Of a stretch of DNA of 64,000 nt, positions 1-12,588 are shown one piece after another. The stretch's first letter is position 1; the number at the start of each line of letters is the position of its first letter. The notes below the pieces were generated by a model. The model did no database searches. It saw nothing but the letters and a program-made list of their open reading frames with translations, and had not been told where the DNA came from. The DNA comes from Octopus sinensis. Lineage: Eukaryota. Location: assembly GCF_006345805.1 (NCBI RefSeq), contig NC_043000.1, positions 9,424,001-9,488,000 of the forward strand, read 5' to 3'. A program made the position numbers and the translations under genes.

Positions 1-1581
1 GCAATGTCAAAGGTAGGCTAACTGGGAAGATAGTTTTTGTATGTGGCAGATGCTCAGGAGCATTAACCTCCGAAAATCTGCAGAAAATAACTTCAGTCAC
101 TTTCCAAGGGGAAAAACTAGAAGTAGTTGATAGCTTCCATTATCTAGGTGACCAAGTCAGTAGTGGGGGTGGGTGCGCTGAAAGTGTAACTGCTAGAATA
201 AGAATAGCCTGGGCAAAGTTTAGGGAGCTCTTACCTCTGCTGGTGACTAAAGGCCTCTCGCTCAGAGTAAAAAGCAGACTGTATGATGCGTGTGTACGAA
301 CAGCCATGCTACATGGCAGTGAAACATGGGCCGTGACTGCTGAGGACATGCGTAAGCTCGTGAGGAATGTGTAATGTCAGTGTACATACTCGACAGAGCG
401 TTAGCACCTTGAGAGAAATGTTGTACCTAAGAAGCATCAGTTGTGGTGTGCAGGAGAGACGATTGCGCTGGTATGGTCATGTGGCGAGAATGGATGAAGA
501 TAGGTGTGTGAGAAAGTGCCAATCCTTAGCAGTTGAGGGAACCCGTGGAAGAGGTAGACCCAGGAAAACCTGGGACGAGGTGGTGAAGCACGACCTTCGA
601 ACTCTAGGCCTCACTGAGGAAATGACCAGCGACCGAGACCTTTGGAAATATTCTGTACGTGAGAAGACCAGGCAGGACAAGTGAGCCCAGCCCACTTATG
701 AATGCCTTTCCTCCCTTGGACACAAAGACCTGTTGAGGCAAGCGAAGTCGATATAGAACCTCATCCGACGACAGGCACCCATGCCAACCCCCTTTGCTTG
801 CGGAGACATGTTGGGGCAAGCGAAATCGAAATCGAAGTCAAAATCGAATTGAACCAGCCAGGATCCCTGGTCTGGTGGTACGTAAAAAGCACTATCCGAC
901 TCGTGGCTGATGCCAGCGCCGCCTCCACTGGCTTCCGTGCCGGTGGCACGTAAAATACACCAATCTGACCGTATGACAGGCACCCATGCCAACCCTCTTG
1001 CTTGCGAAGACATGCTGGGGCAAGCGAAATCGAATTGAACCAGCCAGGTTCCCTGGTCTGGTGGTACGTAAAAAGCACTATCCGACTCGTGGCCGATGCC
1101 AGCGCCGCCTCCACTGGCTTCCGTGCTGGTGGCACGTAAAATACACCAATCTGACCGTACAACAGGCACCCATGCCAACCCCCTTTGCTTGCGGAGACAT
1201 GTTGGGGCAAGCGAAATCGAAATCGAAGTCAAAATCGAATTGAACCAGCCAGGATCCCTGGTCTGGTGGTACGTAAAAAGCACCATCCGACTCGTGCCGA
1301 TGCCAGCACCGCCTCGTCTGGCTTCCGTGCCGGTGGCACATAAAATACACCAATCCGACCGTGGCCGTTGCCAGCCTCGCCTGGCACCTGTGCAGGTGGC
1401 ACGTAAAAAGCACCCACTACACTCACAGAGTGGTTGGTGTTAGGAAGGGCATCCAGCTGTAGAAACACTGCCAGATAAGACTGGAGCCTGGTGCAGCCTT
1501 CTGGCTTCCCAGATCCCCGGTCGAACCGTCCAACCCATGCTAGCATGGAGAACGGACGTTAAACGATGATGATGATGATGA
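1..1581 (+). mobile_element. RTE-clade LINE 3' portion: RT C-terminus, repeat-rich 3' UTR and (GAT)n tail
   Basis: Translates to EVVDSFHYLGDQVSSGGGC..RIRIAWAKFRELLPLL..LHGSETWAV and RRLRWYGHVARM..RGRGRPRKTW (stop at 684). A short deletion/frameshift near 367 relative to the copy at 33559-34705. Ends GGACGTTAAACGATGATGAT. Confidence 0.9.
771..1360 (+). repeat. Three tandem ~190-205 bp units in the RTE 3' UTR
   Basis: ACAGGCACCCATGCCAACCC...AAATACACCAAT restarts near 771, 976 and 1162. Confidence 0.9.
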
Positions 1582-1846
1582 TATATATATATATATATGA
1601 AAAATAGGGATTTTCATAGAAAAAAAGCACCTTTTTGATGTAAATAATTTTTGGTGTTAACATGGTCCGATTTGAATTTTTTGTTCTACGGAAGGAAGAG
1701 CAAGCCTTCTTCTATCATACTCTCAATTTTTGTCAACTTGCGCTGCTGGGTCTCAGAGGAGATAGTGTTGGTTGAAGGCTACCAAACCCGCCATACACAG
1801 ACAACTTCAGCTTTATATATATATATATACATACATATATATATAA

Positions 1847-1883
<37 letters not shown>

Positions 1884-1936
1884 AGTGTGTGTGTGTGTGT
1901 ATATATTGCCTCCACATTATATATATATATATATAT

Positions 1937-2113
1937 ATCATCATCATCATCATCATCGTTTAGCATCCGCTTTCCATGCTAGCATGGGTTGGACGGTTCA
2001 GCTGGGGTCTGTGAAGCCAGAAGGCTGCATCAGGCCCAGTCTGATCTGGCAGTGTTTCTACGGCTGGATGCCCTTCCTAACGCCAGCCACTCTGTGAGTG
2101 TAGTGGGTGCTTT
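1937..2113 (-). mobile_element. 5'-truncated RTE 3' end
   Basis: (ATC)n followed by CGTTTAGCATCCGCTTTCCATGCTAGCATGGGTTGGACGG, the reverse complement of the 1400-1581 tail; flanked by (TA)n. Confidence 0.85.
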
Positions 2114-2216
2114 TATATATATATGTATGTATATATATATATTTCTATTCCTGAGCGCCATACTAATACATTTGTTTGTTTGTACTCCACCTGCCTTCGT
2201 CTTTTGTTTATTTTTG

Positions 2217-2269
<53 letters not shown>

Positions 2270-2792
2270 TATATATATAAACAAATATTAAACAATGAGA
2301 TACTGAATGTCATAAGCAATAAATGCTTAAATTATATAAATTTGCCTGTAAATTGTAGAAGTGAAGCAAAAATCATGTAATAATTGGTAAAAGTTCTCAA
2401 AAAAGAAAAAAGAAAAAATTGACAGTTTCCAAAGACAAAGAATAAATTTCTCAAGTTAATTCCTAGTCCTACATAACGAACTGTCTGATTTTTATTCACA
2501 TGCTAATGACTATTATGGATAGAATGTTTTGCCATGTTTCTGTTAATTAACACACTCTTTGTTTCAATTAATTTCAAAAATGAAGAACTTAGCAAAATAA
2601 CCTCTTTCACTCTAAAGCTAATATGTGGAGCACTAAAATGGTATTTTGAGAATAGGTTCAAATGTAGGTCTGTTTGACCGTTTAACATTTAATCTGGCCA
2701 TATCGGGACCTAATATTCTACCAGTTTTATGTTCAAACTGGTTAGATCTGGCCTCTCACACCTACCCTACATTTGTCATTATTCTAAATGCA

Positions 2793-2953
2793 CAGGAGTG
2801 GCTGTGTGGTAAGTAGCTAGTTTACCAAAGACATGGTTCTGGGTTCAGTCCCACTGCATAGCACCTTGGGTAAGTGTCTGCTACTATAGCGTCGGGCCGA
2901 CCAAAGCCTTGTGAGTGGATTAGGTAGATGGAAGCTGAAAGATGCCTGTCATA

Positions 2954-3020
<67 letters not shown>

Positions 3021-3172
3021 CTATGTATATGTTTGTGTGTCTGTGTTTGTCTCCCCCCAACATCGCTTGACAACCAATGCTGGTGTGTTTATGTCCCCGT
3101 TACTAAGCGGTTCAGCAAAAGAGACCAATAGAATAAGTACTAGGCTTACAAAGAATAAGTTATGGGGTCGAT
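2793..3172 (+). mobile_element. tRNA-derived SINE, family A (AGGAGTGGCTGTGTGGTAAG head), 3'-truncated
   Basis: A-box-like TGGCTGTGTGG and B-box-like GGTTCAGTCC; internal TA/TG microsatellite; matches copies at 6681, 28013 and 57618. Confidence 0.8.
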
Positions 3173-3845
3173 ATATATATATATAGTGTATATATATTTT
3201 CATTAGTGTTAATGTATATGTTTTCATTCATGTGCATTAACAACAGCATCAGAGTGCATTAGTTCTTATTTCTAGCAATGTAGGTGCTACCCACACTCTT
3301 CTGACAAGTTTAACACTTTTGATACCAACCCACCTGAGCCTGCTACCTGGTTCTATGATATAAACTTTCCATTCAACCCTTTAGCATTCAAATTATTCTG
3401 TCAAATGTAATGCTTATTTATTCCCTTTATTTTGAATTAATCAGGGATTATCTTGCAGCTTTCAAATTTCAGTAATGTTACTGCTTATTACTCTTTGCTC
3501 TCTTTTACTTGTTTCAGTCATTTGACTGCAGCCATGCTGGAGCACCGCCTTTAGTCAAGCAAATCGACCCCATAACTTTGGTCTACAAACTTAATTTGTT
3601 CCTGAAAGCTGTTCATCACCCAAAATGTTTATAAATCATAACTATTTCCCACGAAAGGGGCATGTGCACTGAGTGAAAGCTGGACAGTAACTGACATTCT
3701 CCCTCTGATACATCATAACTGTTATTGCTAGCTTGTGTGTTCATTACTTAAGACACTGTTCCTCACCTGAGTGTCATTTCTTGTTCAAAAAATCGTTCAT
3801 TAATCAATTTGTTTATAATGAGAAATGTTCATAAACTGAGGTATA

Positions 3846-4009
3846 AGAGGGATGACCACTAAGTGGACATCCATTATGTTTGAGGTAGATCCCATATGGT
3901 CTGACCACGCATTTGCTGAATTTTCTTAAGATCAATCTTTTCTTAGTGGTCAGACCATATGGGATCTACCTCTAGCATAAAAGATATCCACTTAGTTATC
4001 ATCCCTTTT
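3846..4009. mobile_element. Hairpin/MITE-like foldback
   Basis: AGGGGATGACCACTAAGTGGA..GAGGTAGATCCCATATGGTCTGACCAC is the reverse complement of GTGGTCAGACCATATGGGATCTACCTC..TCCACTTAGTTATCATCCCCT; ~60 bp arms. Confidence 0.75.
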
Positions 4010-4147
4010 ATATGTATGTAATATAATTTTTTTGAATCTTCAAATTTTTCAATATGCTAGGCCACTGGTTTTAAATTGATATTAATCAAATTAATATTCA
4101 ACTTTTCACCTCTATTATTTAAATTTATATATATATATATATATTAT

Positions 4148-4182
<35 letters not shown>

Positions 4183-4438
4183 CATCATCATCGTTTAACG
4201 TCCGTTTTTCGCGCTAGCACGGGTTGGACGGTTCAACCGGGGTCTGGGAAGCCAGGGGCTGCACCAGACTCCAGTCTGATACACACACACACATATAGCA
4301 AAATTGCACTTCATATTCAAGGCTCTGATGAAGCTATAGGATGTTATTCAGGCACTCAACTATGTGCCAACAGCATCTTATAGTAGAAGCAGCAGTGAGT
4401 TAATGAGGTTCATAATATATATATATATATATATATAT

Positions 4439-4493
<55 letters not shown>

Positions 4494-4494
4494 C

Positions 4495-4717
4495 ATATAT
4501 TAAAAATGGAGGAGGCTGGTTTATGGGATTACCTCAGGTTTAGCTTTATGGTGTATCATCAAATCCAAAAAAACCAGTTGGCCCATGGTTTCTTTTTTTA
4601 AGAGGTCATGGACCAACAGGGTTTTGGGATCTGACGATACACCATAAAGCTAAACGTTTTATGGATGGAAACCTGAGGTAATCCCATAAACCAGCCTTCC
4701 CCGTTTTTAATATATTC
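4495..4717. repeat. Foldback inverted repeat carrying a hammerhead in its right arm
   Basis: AGGCTGGTTTATGGGATTACCTCAGGTTT/AAACCTGAGGTAATCCCATAAACCAGCCT and GTTTAGCTTTATGGTGTATC/GATACACCATAAAGCTAAAC. Confidence 0.85.
4625..4686 (+). ncRNA. Type I hammerhead ribozyme motif
   Basis: Stem I TGGGAT/ATCCCA; core CTGACGA; stem II CCATAAAGC/GTTTTATGG; GAAA; stem III ACCT-G-AGGT; GUA cleavage triplet. Confidence 0.8.
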
Positions 4718-4794
4718 TGCTCTACATCTTAGAGTACACTTCTTCTTTCAGATTTATGTTTTCTACAAACGATGTGTGTGTGTGTATGTGTATG

Positions 4795-4829
<35 letters not shown>

Positions 4830-5113
4830 TAGAAAAAAAAACACATTTTATCAATTCAAAATGAAAAATTAAATTACACCATCTAGAAAGTTACATATAA
4901 TAGAAAGATTAAATATAAGATAAAAAATATAACGATGATTAAGTAATGTGGTTAATTAATTAATTGATAAAAGGTGGGTTTTTTCTAATTTATATATATA
5001 TTTTATATTTTGTGAAATTTGATTTAGTATTTCTAAATTGAATTTTTCCCTGTAAGTTTGGAATAATATTCCCTCATATTATTATTATTATTATCATTAT
5101 TTTATATATATAA

Positions 5114-5367
5114 AAAGGGTAAAGACCCCCTTCGGTCATGAATGACCATGGGATTGCACCTAGAAAGTTACCCTCCTAGACACAAGTCCGGGCAAGGTTG
5201 TTTATGGAAGACCAGCAGTCGCCCATGCATACCAGCCTCCCCTCTCCACGCCACCAGTGTTATCCAAGGGAAAGACAAAGGTCGATACAGCTTGGCACCA
5301 GTGACGTCGCAACTCATTTCTACAGCTGAGTGAACTGGAGCAATGTGAAATAAAGTGCTTTGCTCAA
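5114..5367 (-). mobile_element. CORE-like SINE, family B variant, 5'-truncated
   Basis: Minus strand TTGAGCAAAGCACTTTATTTCACATTGCTCCAGTTCACTCAGCTG resembles the CORE domain; same family at 11995-12276 and 26393-26737. Confidence 0.7.
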
Positions 5368-6680
5368 TATTTTATATATATATATATATATAGATATAGA
5401 GAGAGAGAGAGAGTATATTTTGCATGTTCAAATAGATGTATGACTGCTGCTGTTACGTATAGAACTCCTTGTAGATTATCATTTTCCAGTCTGCTTCCAG
5501 TATAGGGGTTAAGTAACTCCTATACTAAGTAGTATTAGTAGTTATGAAATACAGGGCAAATGTCAGAAAAATTAAGGTAAACACATCATCATATTATTAG
5601 TTGCTATATAAGTTGTTTGGAACCCTGCACTGGATGTTCCAAGTGCATTTGGATACGTACCCGGAGCAGATCCTCAGGGAAAACTTTATTGAATTAATTA
5701 CAGAGAAGTATATGTATATATGTGTGTGTATATATATGTATGTATGTATGTATGTTTGTCCCCTACCACTACTTGACAACTGCTGTTGGTTTGTTTACAT
5801 CCCCATCATAAGATAGCAGTTCAGCAAAAGAGACCAATAATGTATATACCAAGCTTTAAAAAATAAAATTCATTCGACTAAAACCCTTCTAGGTGGTGCC
5901 CCTCCTAGAAGGTCACAGTCCAGTAACTGAAGCAAGTAAAAGATGAAGGATACACACACACACACACATGCGTGCGTAAGCGCATACACTCATGTATATA
6001 AAAGTGTAAAATGGTTGACATGAGGAAGAGCATCCAGCTATAGGCATCAAAGCATGATGCAGTCCTCAGACCTATCAGAACTTGTTGAACCCTCTACTCA
6101 TGACGACATGGAACGTGCTTGTTAAATGATGATGTGTGTGTGTGTGTGTATAGGTGCCAGATGAAAGTTGTAACTTCCACTGAGTTAATTGGGTCACTTT
6201 GTGAGATATGATCTCTGTGAACTACCATATCTTTTCAAATCCAAAATCGACTTGCAAGCCCTTTCACACGCTACACACATTCAATCAATCTGGTCTGCAA
6301 GAAAGGATGTTGCATACTATTGATTTTTCATGCGACTTTATATAGTTGACATACCCAACCTTAGAATGAAGCACGCTGCCATACATTTCACACCTCCAGC
6401 CCTTTATATTCTAATCATGTTCTCAGTGACAGCCCTTCTGAATCCAATGATTTAGCCTTTCATGCTCAAGACAATCCTCTTCAAAAGTTTCACAACTTTC
6501 CCCTATACACAACCTTTCCGCCATTCATCTCTTTCCTAAGCCATCTCTTCCCATTTCTTTGCATCAATTAGCAGTTCTTTCAGGTTGCCTTTTTATGCAA
6601 TCTTTGTACCATTTTCACAGTTTGTATGAGGGCACTTTCCACTGCACAGCTCACCAGAGAACAGCTACTTTGGAATCTTA

Positions 6681-6845
6681 TAGGAGTGGCTGTGTGGTAA
6701 GTAACTTGCTTACGAACCACATGGTTCCGGGTTCAGTCCCACTGCGTGGCACCTTGGGCAAGTGTCTTCTACTATAGCCTCAGGCCGACCAAAGCCTTGT
6801 GAGTGGATTTGGTAGACAGAAATGGAAAGAAGCCCGTCGTATATA

Positions 6846-6892
<47 letters not shown>

Positions 6893-7107
6893 AAGTATAT
6901 GTTTGTCTGTGTTTGTACCCCTAACATTGCTTGACAACCGATGCTGGTGTGTTTACATCTCCATAACTTAGCAGTACGGGAAAAGAGACTGCTAGAATAA
7001 GTACTAGGCTTACAAGAATAAGTCCCGGGGTCGATTTGCTCGACTAAAGGCGGTGCTCCAGCATGTCCACAGTCAAATGACTGAAACAAGTAAAAGAGTA
7101 AAGAGTA
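6681..7107 (+). mobile_element. Full-length tRNA-derived SINE, family A
   Basis: Head with A/B boxes, central microsatellite, tail GGCGGTGCTCCAGCATG..CAGTCAAATGACTGAAACAAGTAAAAGAGTAAAGAG. Confidence 0.85.
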
Positions 7108-7112
7108 ATACA

Positions 7113-7450
7113 CGTCATGGTCTTCCCAATGCGCCTGAGAAGATATGATAAATGACTGGATGCATCTGCATCCTGCCTTTGCACGGACTTCTGTGTCAGG
7201 TGTTTTACTTTGCCACTCGATGTTGATTATGTCTCAAACATTTTTCAAGAAAGTACCAAATCAATTTGAGATGCCTACAGTGTACTGTCCATGATTCAGA
7301 AACCCACAGTTCAGCCATTAGAATGCAAGCTTTGTAAATGCTCAGCCTTGTCTTGTTGGTGATGCTGCAATTTACCAAGATTCTCTTTTCAAATTTCCCA
7401 AATGCTACAGATACTTTTAGATTGTGTAGGTGTGTTTCTACATCTAGGGA
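7113..7450 (-). pseudogene. Old RTE/BovB-like RT C-terminal fragment
   Basis: KVSVAFGKF..ITNKTRLSIYKACIL..SESWTVHCRHLKL..FLEKCLR fits the RTE thumb-region pattern. Confidence 0.65.
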
Positions 7451-10400
7451 GCCATACATGCATGCATAGATACATCCATGTATGCAAATAGTTATATACA
7501 CACACACACACATATATTTTTTTATCTATCTAGATATGTATACATATATGTACACATACATCATTGTATATACTTATGTATGTAGATGTAATTACACACA
7601 CACATATACATGTATACTTATGTACATATGTATATAGGTATATTTATATACATATGTATATATTTTATCATCTATCTTTTACTTGTTTCAGTTACTAGAA
7701 TGAGGCCATGCTGGAGCACCACATTGAACTTTAATTCAATGAATCAACTGCAGTACTTTTTTCTTTTAAGTGCAGTACTTATTCTATCAGTTGCTTTTGC
7801 CTAACTGCTAAGTTACAGGGACATATACACACCAACCACAGTTAAGTCTTGTGAGTGAATTTAGTTGACAGAAACTAAAGAGGAAGCCACTGTGTGTGTG
7901 TGTGTGTGTCTATGTGTAAGTTTAAGACAATATTCCTATGGAAACTGGAAATGGACTCAAAAGTGTGAACTTGAAACAGCTGTTTCTGCACATGTCATTC
8001 ATAAAGGTTTTTGAACAAAAGGACATAACTTCCGTTTCATATTTTAAAAATTATTTAAACAATGAATATTTCCAAAGAAAAGGAGGTTCACTTTACCAGT
8101 TGATGATTGCAAAAGAGCAATTCGGAATACTGAAGCCTTTCAATTTTAATGCACTATAAAATACTCTTCACTTGTATTGAGTCCTTTATTTTATTACTAC
8201 TGGTGAATCAAGAGGAATTTATACACACACACACACACACACACGTGTGTGTGTGTGTGTGTATGAATATATATATATGCTATGCTTTTTGAGAAGTTAA
8301 TTGTTATGGCTAGTCATACAATAACCACTAATTTCACGCCTTTAAAATGCTTAGCCATATTGGTGACTCATTAGATTCAAATGGTTGAAGGTGCATAACC
8401 TCTCTGCTGCTGGAGGAAAAATTACATCACTGTCAGTTAGTTTTGTAAACAAAAAATATTTGTCCATGCAGGAGATGCTGCTGCTGGTGGGGTAAATTTA
8501 TCCCCCCTTACAACCACTCCAACCATAGTGGTATTCAGGGAAGCTGCAGCAGGCCTTTTTCACAAATGGAGAATTCCAAGCTTGTTGTAGGAAACGTTTT
8601 AGATAATTAAATACTTCTTTCCTGGAGTTTATAAGGTCCCCGGCTCAAGCGAGTTTTTAAGGATTCTTGCTCTCTCTGCTAAACAAAACTTCCCAAAAAA
8701 GACATTAATGTTTTACAGTGTGCTTCTTTTCCAGATATATGAACTACTGATAGTTATAAATAATGATAAAAATAATGTACAATATATATTTGTCCATGTG
8801 AGTGTTGCCGCTGGTGGGTCAGTGTTATAACTTTATACACTCCTTATGGTTTCTGCTTGTATTATATTATACGTTTTATATGTTTTGTAGATTGATACAT
8901 TAAGGGGATCTTTTATGAGTACCACCAAATTAGTTGAATCCATATATTGTGACTTACATATATATATCAGCAATGTATTGATTTCATACCCATTTCTTAA
9001 TGAAAGGAAGTGAAATTTAGTGTAAAAGATATGTATTAGTTGCTCTTTGAAAGACTGAAATCATTACATCAATGCAATTAAATTTAGATTTATTTTATAT
9101 TTCATATTTCATAGTGTATACCCAAATTTATAAAGAGACCATTTCTGCATTGTACATTGTTGATTTATTATATTATGTATAAGCAGTGGTCCCAAGTTAC
9201 TTCATATTATTGTCTTCATTCTGAATTTTGTAAAGGGGGATAGAGAAAAGGAAAAAAATTGGTAGGGTAACTGATAACAATTTATTACTGTAGTTATAAA
9301 CAGTGTAGTCATCTTATATCATTTTTTTATTTAACTCATCAATTACATATTTTAGGCTGATGGTGGTGGGGAGTGGGGTAAAAAAAGATAAATAGACATA
9401 TAGAAATCCTACTTCATCTTTCTTCATCAGTGATGGCCAAGGCAAGGCCTTTGATGTTTAAATTCAAGTGGTACAGATAATATTTTGCTTTACTTCTTTT
9501 CTCTTGGCATCAGCAATTTATTTTCTAGCGTCTGTGCCTTGTAAAGTAGAGTGGAATGCTTATGCACATGGTATTCTCATGTAGATTCATGACAGCAATA
9601 TCCCTTTGTTGTTCCACATGGCATAACCATTATTATATGTTTGAATTTCTTTACTTACGGTGACTATTACACTCTTTATTTCTCATAAAAGTTTATTGAG
9701 TACCCATATTTTTATGTTAGGGAGGGAAGAAAATGAAGAAAATATTTATAATTCTTTTTTCCTTCAAGTAACTCAAAACATTTTTATATCCATATCCTTA
9801 TATAAAAACTGATTGTTTCAGCATTTTTGAGCTTCATCAGTATAGAGTGACTGATGGCAATTCATTACATTATCTCTAAACAGTGCATTCATTTTATTTC
9901 ATTTTTTTTTTTTTATCAATTACACTTTATTATCTGAATCTAGCTTCTGAATTTTTCTCTAACATATTTCCTGTTGGCAAGATCAAAAGACCTGAAAAAG
10001 GATTGCACATTTTCTGAGATAAGCGGATCACACGCAGGATGCGCTCTGGATTACTTGACAGTATACTAAAAGGAATCAAGATGTTGTTGAAGGGTGTTTT
10101 ATGGAATGACAACAGCACTTGTTCTTATTGATGCGACTGAGAAAGAGGCAATGAAGTGCTAATGAAGTGCTACTATGAAAGGTTTTCGAATATGAAGAAT
10201 TCATGGGGCGGGGAGAGAGAGAGAGAGAGAAAGTGAATGTATGTAAAATCATAATTATGAAAAATCCATCCATTCATACATATATATGTATGTATGTGTG
10301 TATGTGCATGCAAGTGTGTGTATATGTGTGTGTGCATGTGTGTGTATGTATCTGCATGTGTGTGCGTGCATGTGTGTGTGAAAAGCTGGACAAAACATCT

Positions 10401-10589
10401 ATAAAGATATCATGTAATCATAAATATGATGATAAAGAAAAAGGATAGTCCTTGATAAACATTTACAGCTGTTTCAAACATTCAGTAATTGGTTAATGCA
10501 GTAATGATTAAGACATTTAATTTTAAGACTCAGGTCTGGTTTGAGCCCTAATCCAATACATATCTATTCTACACCTTTATTGACACCTC

Positions 10590-10626
<37 letters not shown>

Positions 10627-10838
10627 ATATATATTTATTATGTATATATATATATTATGTATATATATATATGTGTGTGTGTGTATATATATATATATAC
10701 AAATTACTGCACATTAACCCGGAGTTTCTACCTTTAAATAGGTAGCTACATCCTTGTTACTTGCGTGAATTTTGCTACCCTGGTAACTGTTTATTGAATT
10801 TTCCATGTTAACGGTAAACAAAGAATAATTCATTCATC

Positions 10839-10888
<50 letters not shown>

Positions 10889-11025
10889 TACCATTCTGCT
10901 GCCTAAATAATGGATCTACAAATGCAATATCCCTGCATATCTCACATCTATTTTCATTCCTCCACTTCACTCTCTATTTCATATCTTATCTAAAATAACT
11001 ATTGCTTAACCATTTTCTCTCACCA

Positions 11026-11071
11026 TTTCAGATGAAGGGATATAAAAAGTATCCCGGAAACAGCTGTAAAA
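11026..11071 (+). ncRNA. Hammerhead-like motif with mutated core
   Basis: TTT-CAGATGA-A-GGGATA/TATCCC-G-GAAA-CAGCTG-TA-AAA. The core reads CAGATGA instead of CTGATGA and stem I is weak. Confidence 0.55.
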
Positions 11072-11290
11072 CCTTCTATTTATAAATGTTCTAAAATCTT
11101 CATAGCCTTGGATTTTTATCTCATTCTTAAAAAATCTTTTTTTATATATAAACATGCTGATATATGACCTACATTGGACTCCTTATTCACATAATCACCG
11201 AACCTGGTGCTTAACTATGGTCTGTCCATAGCACTTACTCAACATTACCTGACACCTTTGTGTCTTATTGACACCATTACCTCTCATAAC

Positions 11291-11360
<70 letters not shown>

Positions 11361-11399
11361 ATATGTATATAAAATAATATAATATATAAATATATTCAT

Positions 11400-11859
11400 A
11401 TACACATACATATATGTACATACCTACATATGTGTGTATATATACATGCATATATGGGTATGGGACATCAAAAAAACGTAGACACAATGAGAAACAAAAA
11501 CATAAAAAACAAAAACATAGAAAACGAACTTCTTTTCGAACAACGAAAAAGACAAATAGAGAAACGAGCCATGGAACATAAAGAACATTCCCTTCATCAG
11601 TTGTCCCCTGTTTTATCTACTCCACATTTCAAAGGTAAGGACAATACTCGACTTCATTAAAACAGTCCTTCCCACAAAGCAAATTAAATAAAATTTGGGA
11701 TATTTTGCGGAGGGTAAAAGTGGTAACAAAAACAGGACAATGAGAACAAGACAGTAAAAACAAACGGTGATGGCTGTTAAGCCAAGACGATGTAAAGATT
11801 ATGAACACTGTTGTTTTCTCTTGTTTTTTCTTCATTCTTTTTTAGTAATTGTGTATGTA

Positions 11860-11922
<63 letters not shown>

Positions 11923-12295
11923 TTCCCTGACCTCCCAAGATCTCTAATCACCTTATATCCAGCAATTTTCAATTTATATTAGTAATATATATATATCCTC
12001 TTCCTCTTTGACCCCCTTCAGTCAGGCACTGACCATGGGTTTGCACCTAAAGAGATACCCTTTGAGGCACAAGTCTGGGCAAGGTTGTTTTTTTATGGAA
12101 GACCAGCAGTCGCCCATGCATACCGGCCTCCCCTCTCCACGTCACCGATGTTGTCCAAGGGAAAGGCAAGGGCCGATACAGCTTGGCACCTGTGACGTCG
12201 CAACTCATTTCTACAGCTGAGTGAACTGGAGCAACGTGAAATAAAGTGCCTTGCTCAAGAACACAACACGCAGCCCATATATATATATAGATATA

Positions 12296-12390
<95 letters not shown>

Positions 12391-12407
12391 GTATATATAT
12401 GTATATA

Positions 12408-12463
<56 letters not shown>

Positions 12464-12549
12464 TATATATTATCTCCCTCTCTTGTTCTTCTTCCTTTCT
12501 GTTTTTCTCTCCCACTTTTTCCCTATACTTCTCATCTCCCCTTCACTGT

Positions 12550-12588
<39 letters not shown>

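Noticed and set aside
696-1546. Overlapping 100-200 aa ORFs, recurring at 28984-29633, 43740-44249 and 50078-50764
   Set aside because: GC-rich repetitive RTE 3' UTR read in several frames; no protein motifs and frames are not conserved between copies.
2793-2875. tRNA gene calls at SINE heads (also 21518, 41623, 56912)
   Set aside because: A/B boxes are present but there is no complete cloverleaf, and each continues into a SINE body.
8483-8490. GCTGGTGG (E. coli Chi site)
   Set aside because: Eukaryotic context; no RecBCD relevance.
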